Assembly: GCA_039815185.1 (NCBI GenBank)
Contig: JBCBZT010000026.1
Span: 32,001-96,000 of the forward strand
From: Cyanobacteria bacterium P01_A01_bin.123
GTDB taxonomy: Bacteria > Cyanobacteriota > Cyanobacteriia > Phormidesmidales > Phormidesmidaceae
DNA length: 64,000 bases
Direction of reading: 5' to 3'
In this document: positions 30,557 through 38,447 of the stretch, one piece after another
Layout: each line of letters starts with the position of its first letter
Numbering within the stretch: the stretch's first letter is position 1
The notes under the pieces: model-generated
Seen by the model: only the letters and a program-made list of their open reading frames with translations
What the model was told of the DNA's origin: nothing
Database searches by the model: none
Translations under genes and position numbers: made by a program

Positions 30557-32722
30557 ATGAGTGAGATTGACGTTATGGAGAAGACCAATAAGAATCAAAA
30601 GCTTCAACAAATCTGGCTTCCTAGAAATCAAAATGAAAGCTCTTTTGTGGATGATCTTACAGGCTTACCAAATCGCAATTTGCTTTTACAAAAACTTCAA
30701 GACAATATAGCCTTTTGCAAAGAACATTCAAATAAGACGCTTGCACTTCTGGTCTTAGACATCGATCACTTCAAGGTTGTTAACAATAGCTTGGGTATTG
30801 CAGTAGGCGATCAGCTACTTATAAAAGTTGCTGAAAGACTTCAAGACATTATGCGATTTGATGATTATGTTGTACGTCTTGGCGGAGACGAGTTTGCAGT
30901 TGTACTGAATAACATAAAAGATATTGATAACATCCATAAAATCGCATCCAGAATTCATGACGGATTAATGCTCCCGTTTTGTCTAAATGACAATGAAGTA
31001 TTTATTAACACAAGTATGGGAATTACCCATAGCCATGTGAGTTTCGGGAAAGCAGAAGACTTTTTCCGAGATGCTGATACGGCCATGAATTACGCAAAAT
31101 CTTTGGGGCGCTCATGCCGCGTAATTTTCCAGCCAGAGATGCATAAGAGCGTTGTTCAACGCCTCAATTTAGGAAACTCATTGAGGCAGGCACTCAGCCG
31201 AAAAGAATTCTTCTTAGAGTATCAGCCTATCGTCTCTCTGGATGAAGAGATCTTGGTAGGATTTGAAGCGCTTATTCGTTGGAAGCACCCACAGCAAGGT
31301 ACTATTCCACCATCAGACTTTATTCATCTAGCTGAGGAAATAGGTCTCATTGAACCTATTGGCCAGTGGGCACTTGAAGAGGCCTGCCAACAGACAAAAG
31401 CTTGGCAGGTGCAGTTTGAAGGTATGCAAGATCTAACAATCAGTGTAAATTTGTCCGCCAAACAAATTTTCGACAATAATTTCTTTACGCAAGTAAAAAC
31501 AGCCTTAGCAAAATCTGAACTTGAGCCATGCTGTCTAAAGCTAGAAGTCACCGAAAACATTCTGCTGGAAGACAAGAAAAAAGTAGCGGCTGTGCTAGAT
31601 AATGTTAGATCTCTAGGTGTCCAAATTTCAATTGATGATTTTGGCACAGGCTATTCTTCTCTCAGTTATTTAATGCACTTCCCTTTTGACGTATTAAAGC
31701 TGGACACTTCTTTTACAGAAGGCATTGACAATAACTATAAAAAATTCAACCTTGTCAAAGGTATTCTCACTTTAAGTCAAGGCCTAGACGTTGAAGTTGT
31801 TGCTGAAGGTTTAGAAACTCAAGATCAGCTTTTACAGTTTAAGGCTTTGAAATGCAGATATGGACAGGGATATATTTTTTCAAAACCTTTGAGTAAGCAG
31901 AAGGTTGAAAGTTTTATTTTATCAAATCTCATCGGCCTCAAAAATTCAAGCCTCGAAAGAGAAACTTGCCTGTTTCACGAGCAATTAGATATCTCACAAA
32001 AAGACGAATTAAGCAGAGACGAATTACTTATAAAGATAGAGAATTTAAAGTTTGAGGTAAAGGAATTAAAGCAAGAAAAGAAAGATTTTGAGATTCTTTT
32101 AGAAACGGCTGAAAGCCATGCAGAAGTGATTGAACATGAACTTCATCAGGAAATATTTGAGCATCAGAGTACAGAGCTTAAATTACAGTTAACTAATCAT
32201 CAACTACAACAATTAAGCTACATTGACGGTTTGACTAAAGTTGCCAATCGTCGCCATTTCGATGAGTATTTATGCCAGGCATGGAAATGTGCAACTAAGG
32301 AACAGAAGCCAATTTCACTAATTCTTGCTGATGTCGATTTTTTCAAGCGCTACAACGATAAGTATGGCCATCAAGTCGGTGATTATTGCTTGGTTCGAAT
32401 AGCTCAAGCTTTGGCAAAGATCGCAAACCGATCAGCAGACTTAACCGCACGGTATGGAGGTGAAGAATTTGCATTGATTCTGCCTGAATCCAGGCCAGAA
32501 AGGGCTGTGGAGGTAGCTGAGAACATTCGCTCAGCTGTAAAATCACTTAAGATTCTTAATCCTCATTCTTCTGTTAACGATTATGTAACTATCAGTTCAG
32601 GTATAGTTAGTGTTGTGCCACAAGATTTTTATTCACTTAGTGATTTTATTGGGCACGCTGACAAAGCACTATATAACGCAAAGAATCGAGGTCGGGACTG
32701 TTTCAATATCCTTCCTTGGTAG
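30557..32722 (+). CDS. GGDEF - EAL - coiled coil - GGDEF c-di-GMP enzyme
   Basis: DDLTGLPNR..RLGGDEF; FEALIRW, DDFGTGYSSL, VAEG; DGLTKVANRR..RYGGEEF. Confidence 0.92.
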   Translation: MSEIDVMEKTNKNQKLQQIWLPRNQNESSFVDDLTGLPNRNLLLQKLQDNIAFCKEHSNKTLALLVLDIDHFKVVNNSLGIAVGDQLLIKVAERLQDIMRFDDYVVRLGGDEFAVVLNNIKDIDNIHKIASRIHDGLMLPFCLNDNEVFINTSMGITHSHVSFGKAEDFFRDADTAMNYAKSLGRSCRVIFQPEMHKSVVQRLNLGNSLRQALSRKEFFLEYQPIVSLDEEILVGFEALIRWKHPQQGTIPPSDFIHLAEEIGLIEPIGQWALEEACQQTKAWQVQFEGMQDLTISVNLSAKQIFDNNFFTQVKTALAKSELEPCCLKLEVTENILLEDKKKVAAVLDNVRSLGVQISIDDFGTGYSSLSYLMHFPFDVLKLDTSFTEGIDNNYKKFNLVKGILTLSQGLDVEVVAEGLETQDQLLQFKALKCRYGQGYIFSKPLSKQKVESFILSNLIGLKNSSLERETCLFHEQLDISQKDELSRDELLIKIENLKFEVKELKQEKKDFEILLETAESHAEVIEHELHQEIFEHQSTELKLQLTNHQLQQLSYIDGLTKVANRRHFDEYLCQAWKCATKEQKPISLILADVDFFKRYNDKYGHQVGDYCLVRIAQALAKIANRSADLTARYGGEEFALILPESRPERAVEVAENIRSAVKSLKILNPHSSVNDYVTISSGIVSVVPQDFYSLSDFIGHADKALYNAKNRGRDCFNILPW

Positions 32723-32778
32723 TTTTGCGTTTGATCGATCGCTACAATCTAAAGCTTAGGCAGCTTTTCCCCTAAACT

Positions 32779-33411
32779 ATGCCAGATGTCCACCTAATCC
32801 GACACCCCCTTGTCCAACACAAGCTTACTATCATGCGGCAAGTGGACACCAGTACTGCTAAATTTCGAGCATTACTCAAAGAAATCAGCATGCTGTTGGC
32901 CTATGAGGTTACCCGTGATCTACCTTTGAAAGCAGAAACTATTCAAACCCCTTTGGCAACAATGGAAGCACCGGTATTAGCACCTGACAAGAAGATGGTG
33001 GTGGTATCGATTATGCGAGCAGGGCAAGGCATTCTCGACGGCATTTTGGAACTGATTCCGTCTGCAAGGGTGGGGCACATTGGGCTCTACCGCGACCCGC
33101 GTACCCATGTAGTGATTGAGTATTACTTTAAAGTACCCCAGGATGTCGCTGGGCGCGATTTCTTGGTCGTCGACCCGATGATTGCGACGGGAAATACTGC
33201 GATCGCAGCCGTCAACCGCCTCAAGCAAATTAATCCCCAATCCCTTCGTTTTATGTGTCTGTTAGCTGCCCCAGAAGGTATTGCTCAATTCCACCAAGCC
33301 CACCCTGATGTGCCGCTCTACACTGCTGCCATTGATGACAAGCTTGATGAGCACGGCTATATCTTACCGGGCTTAGGAGATGCAGGCGATCGCTTGTTTG
33401 GCACACGCTAG
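32779..33411 (+). CDS. upp: Uracil phosphoribosyltransferase
   Basis: [38 protein letters not shown]. Confidence 0.97.
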   Translation: MPDVHLIRHPLVQHKLTIMRQVDTSTAKFRALLKEISMLLAYEVTRDLPLKAETIQTPLATMEAPVLAPDKKMVVVSIMRAGQGILDGILELIPSARVGHIGLYRDPRTHVVIEYYFKVPQDVAGRDFLVVDPMIATGNTAIAAVNRLKQINPQSLRFMCLLAAPEGIAQFHQAHPDVPLYTAAIDDKLDEHGYILPGLGDAGDRLFGTR

Positions 33412-33494
33412 ACCATCAAACCTTTAAACCGTTTCCGCATTCTGAATCGGCGTTTTGCTTATGGGAACTCCACATGCTGGGCTAGCCTGGATGT

Positions 33495-33598
33495 ATAGCG
33501 CTGGCCAGATTGCTTAGTGCACCGAGTATCGCCATGATGCTGAGTACACAAGCAATCTGGCTCGCGGTAGGCACAAAGCTTTGTGCGCTACCGCCATA
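33495..33598. mobile_element. ~104 bp palindromic dispersed element (MITE-like), copy 2
   Basis: ATAGCGCTGGCCAGATTGCTTA..AGCAATCTGGCTCGC..AAAGCTTTG..GCTAC, the same layout as 10624-10727. Confidence 0.7.
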
Positions 33599-33614
33599 GC
33601 TTCAAGCCATAATC

Positions 33615-33645
33615 AAGAAAAAGCCCCCGTTTTAACAACGGGGGC
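33615..33645 (-). terminator. Intrinsic terminator for a minus-strand transcript
   Basis: Stem GCCCCCGTT/AACGGGGGC, followed on the minus strand by TTTTTCTT. Confidence 0.7.
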
Positions 33646-33903
33646 CTTGCTGGTTATAGGAGAAAGTTGAACACCAACTTAATGTGCGCAAAGCCTTGAT
33701 GACGCTGCGATGGAGCAGGCAGACATTACTCACAACGTTAGCTACAGTCTTCAGAGCAAGCATTTCATAAAGCAGAACAAAAACCTTAGATCTTGCTCCT
33801 CCATACAAAACTCTTGCATCAGAGACAGCTTTATAGTGCCGTGAATCCGCTAATTTTTGGGTGATAGCTATCTATCCAACCTGTGATTATTACCCCTAAC
33901 ACA

Positions 33904-34098
33904 GGTGACTCAGATCACCCATCTCTAGCATTGGTTGGGAGGAGTCAGCCTTCCAAACGGTCTACCCGCCTAGACTCCTAGCTCTCCTGAGCTAAAAGCT
34001 CAAGCGTTTTTCCTTGCAGAAGAAGCGCAGGCCTTAGCCCTACTCAGTATTTCCAGTCGGGTGTGGTTTAGGGTGCTACCGAACCCCGCCGTTCGGCA
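33904..34098 (+). ncRNA. Candidate structured RNA of unknown family (6-7 consecutive hairpins)
   Basis: Dense stem-loops whose G-U pairs favour the + strand; two identical CCCGCC loops; no ORF. Confidence 0.45.
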
Positions 34099-34171
34099 TT
34101 GACCCCTGAAGGATGTTAACAACCTCGTCTATATTAAAAACTGTGTTACCAAATTTTGGGTTATAAAGCTT

Positions 34172-34825
34172 ATGGTGTTATTTGGATTTGGCAAAAAGCT
34201 AAGTATGCCAACCGCTGAGGCGGCACTACCGGGACGGGCGGAGGCCATGCCAGTACCCGAGCGCCATTATGTTAATGGCAATCCACTCCAGCCTCCCTTT
34301 CCAGAGGGCATGGAAACTGCGATGTTTGGCCTGGGTTGTTTTTGGGGTGCCGAGCGTTGTTTTTGGCAGCAGGCAGGTGTCTTTTCTACGGCTGTTGGAT
34401 ATGCTGCTGGCCATACTCCCAACCCCACTTACCAAGAAGTTTGCAGCGGTCAAACCGGGCATAACGAGGTCGTGCAGGTGATATATGACCCCAATGTAAT
34501 TAGCTATGAGCAACTGCTCAAGGTATTTTGGGAAAGCCATAACCCTACCCAGGGTATGCGCCAGGGCAATGATATGGGTACCCAATATCGCTCTGGGGTT
34601 TATACCTACTCTGAATCTCAGCGTCAATTGGCGGAAGCGAGCCTTGGGGCTTATCAAACAGCTCTAGCAGAAGCAGGTCACGGTAAAATCACGACTGAAA
34701 TCCTGGATGCACCATCCTTTTATTATGCTGAGAGCTATCACCAGCAGTACTTGGCCAAGAACCCCAACGGCTACTGCGGGTTAGGCGGCACCAACGTTGC
34801 TTGCCCGATTGGCCTGGGCGTTTAG
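34172..34825 (+). CDS. msrA: Peptide-methionine (S)-S-oxide reductase
   Basis: [36 protein letters not shown]. Confidence 0.97.
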   Translation: MVLFGFGKKLSMPTAEAALPGRAEAMPVPERHYVNGNPLQPPFPEGMETAMFGLGCFWGAERCFWQQAGVFSTAVGYAAGHTPNPTYQEVCSGQTGHNEVVQVIYDPNVISYEQLLKVFWESHNPTQGMRQGNDMGTQYRSGVYTYSESQRQLAEASLGAYQTALAEAGHGKITTEILDAPSFYYAESYHQQYLAKNPNGYCGLGGTNVACPIGLGV

Positions 34826-34973
34826 TCAGGGCGTTTAGTTGAAGGCTTGGTGACACACACTGGGTTAAGCACTCATTTGCGCGATCGCGTTGAATTTTCC
34901 AAACTTGCGCGATCGCGTAAAAATCCTTCTCAAGTGGGCCAAGAAACATGTATTCGCAGCTATTGCTACTACC

Positions 34974-35522
34974 ATGACCCTCTTTCCTTTGGAAACTGAG
35001 CGATTGTGGATTCGCTACTGGCAGCCGAGTCAAGATGCGGCCCAAGCCTATGAAATTTACAGCGATCCCCGAGTGACTCAGTGGATTGGCGACAAGACCA
35101 CTGCCCAAACGATTGAGGATGTGCGCGATCGCTTACAACGCTACTGCGATCGCTTTTACAAGGCTGCTGAAGGTACTGGCTGCTGGGCCGTGGTCGAAAA
35201 AAACACCGAACAAATTATTGGCAACGTACTGCTGGTACGCCTACCTGATGGTCATGGCAACCCTTGTGAAGATCGCGAAATTGGCTGGCATTTTCGTCCT
35301 GCCAGTTGGGGCTATGGTTACGCAACTGAAGCAGCTCGGCGGATTGTCGATTATGGGTTTCAAACATTAAATTTAGCCGAACTGTACGCTGTAGCGATGG
35401 TAGGCAACCAGCGTTCAACCCGAGTGATGAAACGCCTCGGTATGGCTACCCTTGGCATCACCACAAATTACTACAGCGGTGCCGAATTACTCCTCTACCG
35501 ACTGCGTGCCCCTCAGCATTAG
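34974..35522 (+). CDS. GNAT N-acetyltransferase (RimJ/RimL type)
   Basis: LETERL, EIGW, WGYGYATEAA, NQRSTRVMKRLGM. Confidence 0.9.
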   Translation: MTLFPLETERLWIRYWQPSQDAAQAYEIYSDPRVTQWIGDKTTAQTIEDVRDRLQRYCDRFYKAAEGTGCWAVVEKNTEQIIGNVLLVRLPDGHGNPCEDREIGWHFRPASWGYGYATEAARRIVDYGFQTLNLAELYAVAMVGNQRSTRVMKRLGMATLGITTNYYSGAELLLYRLRAPQH

Positions 35523-35625
35523 CACCCCAGATAGGCTGATTAAAATATCAATGCTGGTTAGCAGCGTCACACATCTTTTGTGGGCCGCGTGGCTATGCCC
35601 CCTTACCCAATCCTTATATTTAGCG

Positions 35626-36318
35626 CTACTTGGAAGATTTAATCTCAACCCAAGTCTTAACCCCATCAATTACCTGGGCTGCTGTGGCCGTCCAGCCAAC
35701 AATACCACCCTGGGCCCGTACCATGTCTAAGGTGGCTTGTTTGAACTCTGGGAAATAGCTAGCCGTAGCGTCTTCAACCAAGAGGCAATTATAGCCACGA
35801 TCGTTTGCTTCGCGCATGGTGCTTTGCACGCATACTTCTGTCGTTACTCCAGTGATGATCAGGTGAGAAATATCGTGGGTTTTGAGCAAAAACTCCAGAT
35901 TAGTGTTGTAAAATGCCCCTTTACCTGGCTTGGGGATTACGGTTTCGTGGGGTAGTGGGGCTAATTCTGGAATGATGGCATTCCCCGGTTCTCCCAAAAC
36001 TAAAATCCGTCCCATAGGGCCAGGGTCACCGATTTTGAGGGCAGCGTTGCCTCGGTTCCGCTTAGTCGGTGGGCAGTCTGATAAGTCAGGATGGTGGCCT
36101 TCTACAGTTTGAAAAATAACCAGGTTCAACTGACGAAAGATCGCTTGCAACGATTGAATTGCAGGCGCGATCGCCTCTAATTGTGATACGTCGTTCCCCA
36201 AAGCTTCCCCAAAACCACCCGGTTCTAAAAAGTCCCGCTGCATATCGATAATCAATAGGGCAACCCCTGTCTCAGTGGGTAACGGATAATCATAGGGTTG
36301 GGCTGCAATTACTGCCAT
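35626..36318 (-). CDS. Isochorismatase-family cysteine hydrolase, triuret hydrolase (TrtA)-like
   Basis: IDMQRDFLEPGGFGEALGND, KPGKGAFY, TEVCVQSTMREANDRGY, ASYFP, QGGIVGW. Confidence 0.8.
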   Translation of the reverse strand: MAVIAAQPYDYPLPTETGVALLIIDMQRDFLEPGGFGEALGNDVSQLEAIAPAIQSLQAIFRQLNLVIFQTVEGHHPDLSDCPPTKRNRGNAALKIGDPGPMGRILVLGEPGNAIIPELAPLPHETVIPKPGKGAFYNTNLEFLLKTHDISHLIITGVTTEVCVQSTMREANDRGYNCLLVEDATASYFPEFKQATLDMVRAQGGIVGWTATAAQVIDGVKTWVEIKSSK

Positions 36319-36320
36319 CA

Positions 36321-37868
36321 CTAATGTCCTGCCATTTTTTGACCAATGAGCTGTAAATCTGCCTGGTCAACCGGGCCTTCGTAAACAAACTCCCCTTCGC
36401 TAATGACAATGATTTGATCAGCTAGACTCAACAACTCATCTAAATCTTCGCTGACCAATAGTACCGCCACCCCCCGATTGCGGGCTTCCACAATGGCGCT
36501 ATGAATAAAGTCCACGGCCGAAAAATCTAGCCCAAAGCAGGGATTGGCCGCGATCAGTAGGCGGATGTGGTCAGAAGACAACTCCCGCGCCAACACCGTC
36601 CGCTGTATGTTTCCCCCAGACAGATTGCTCACGGGTACATCGGGTGACGGCGTCTTGACCGAAAAAGTCTGAATCAGCCCCTGAGCCATCTGCCGAATTG
36701 CGTTGAGCACTAGCAACCAATTCCATTTGGCCTGGGGCGGTTTATCAAAAGTTCGGAGGGCCATGTTTTCGGCCACACTCATGTGGGGTACACAGGCATT
36801 GCGAAGGGGTTCTTCTGGCAAAGCAAATACCCGATGGCGATCCATCTCGGTGCGGGTAGCCGTGTAAGCTTCGCCATTGACTTTGATAGTGCCTTGGTTT
36901 GCCGTTCGCTGCCCCGCCAGCACCTCTATCAGTTCTCGCTGACCATTGCCAGAAACCCCAGCAATACCGACAATCTGGCCACTTTGGACCGTCAGATCAA
37001 CCCCGCTGACAGCAGGCAATCCATTGTCTTTGTTGGCGTGCAGTCCACGCACTTCTAGCACAGGGGTTGGGTCAGCAAAAGGAATCTTTGCCACTTCCTT
37101 CGTTTGTCGTTCTTCCCCTAGCATCATCTGGGCCATGGCTTCGACAGAAAGATGTTGTACTAACCCGTTACCCGCTAGTTTGCCTTTGCGTAGCACGGTC
37201 ACTTCATCGGTAAACGCAGTGACTTCTCGAAACTTGTGGGTAATGAGCAGCACGCTTAGATGCCCGGCCTCTACCGATTGGCGCAGCAGCCCCAACACTT
37301 CATCAGCTTCCACTGGAGTGAGCACTGACGTAGGTTCGTCTAAGATCAAAATGCGGCTTTTAAGGTAAAGCTGCTTGAGAATTTCGAGCTTTTGTTTTTG
37401 CCCTGCGGCCAATTGGGCAATGGGGGTTTCCAATTCAACCTGAAATGGCGCATCAGCCATAAACGCTCGCAGCGCTTCAAATTCTTGCTTCCAGTTGATT
37501 AGGGTTTGGTTGTCGTAGCGAGAAAGCACCAAATTTTCGGCTACGGTCATCGCTGGCACCGAAGTGAAATGCTGATACACCATGCCGATGCCGCATCCAT
37601 GGGCATCTTTGGGGCTGCGAATGGTGCGCTCTGCCTGGTCGATTAAAATTCTGCCCGCGGTGGGGCTGTAAAAGCCCATGATGCATTTAACCAGGGTACT
37701 TTTACCTGCCCCGTTTTCTCCCAGCAGGGCGTGAAAAGTACCGGGTTTCACGGTCATTGACACGTTGTCTAGGGCAACTAAGCTGCCAAACTGCTTGATC
37801 ATCCCCACCACCTGCAATTCTGGAGGACGCTCGGTTTGGGTTGGCGGGGCTAGGGTAGCAGAATCCAT
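36321..37868 (-). CDS. ABC transporter ATP-binding protein, two-domain (CUT2/nucleoside type)
   Basis: GENGAGKST, ILDEPT, LSGGNIQ, VSEDLDE. Confidence 0.92.
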   Translation of the reverse strand: MDSATLAPPTQTERPPELQVVGMIKQFGSLVALDNVSMTVKPGTFHALLGENGAGKSTLVKCIMGFYSPTAGRILIDQAERTIRSPKDAHGCGIGMVYQHFTSVPAMTVAENLVLSRYDNQTLINWKQEFEALRAFMADAPFQVELETPIAQLAAGQKQKLEILKQLYLKSRILILDEPTSVLTPVEADEVLGLLRQSVEAGHLSVLLITHKFREVTAFTDEVTVLRKGKLAGNGLVQHLSVEAMAQMMLGEERQTKEVAKIPFADPTPVLEVRGLHANKDNGLPAVSGVDLTVQSGQIVGIAGVSGNGQRELIEVLAGQRTANQGTIKVNGEAYTATRTEMDRHRVFALPEEPLRNACVPHMSVAENMALRTFDKPPQAKWNWLLVLNAIRQMAQGLIQTFSVKTPSPDVPVSNLSGGNIQRTVLARELSSDHIRLLIAANPCFGLDFSAVDFIHSAIVEARNRGVAVLLVSEDLDELLSLADQIIVISEGEFVYEGPVDQADLQLIGQKMAGH

Positions 37869-38447
37869 GGCAAAGCAAGGAGAGGATGGTCGAATTTAGC
37901 GTACCTGATCAGGGGCGATCGCGTTTGCAATCTCAGGCAACACCTGGCAATTGCACGACATTTGGCCCAGATTAGCCTTTCCCTGCCTCGAATCATCCCC
38001 CTCGAAGCTTAGAGGCTGACACGCCTGGATCCTGGGCAAGACTCTAAAACGAATGGTATCAATCAGCACCCTTTAGCCTGTATTTGAAATATGATCGAGT
38101 TGCGCTGTTTACTAGAACGCCTATTATGAAACGGGTTTACCCCTCTATCCGGTGAGCGTGAAGATATTTTGGCAGCGGCAAGTCAGCAAGATCTAGATCA
38201 ACAAAAAAAAGGATTCAGATCAACGGGGCTTAGGGGAGACGATCACGGTCAATCGCGTTACTGCTTGTGTACTTTGGATTAAAGCGAACCCGTTGAAGCA
38301 CAGTATGTACCCCAAGGTTGCAATATTATTTAGGAATAAGACTGAGCTTTAACTTGCGGTGGCTCTGAAGAGCCAATCTTTGCTTTAACCCTCACAGTCG
38401 CTGATATCCCCCATCATCCTTAACATTCACGGTTTGCATCTCAAGTT

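Noticed and set aside
33933..33982. Fluoride (crcB) riboswitch suggested by the GGAGTC/GACTCCTA pairing
   Set aside because: It lacks the conserved GAUG and AUGAC nucleotides, and no fluoride exporter lies downstream.
37869..38447. Possible decayed gene or EACC1 partner upstream of the caspase
   Set aside because: Manual translation gave only short frames with no recognisable motif.
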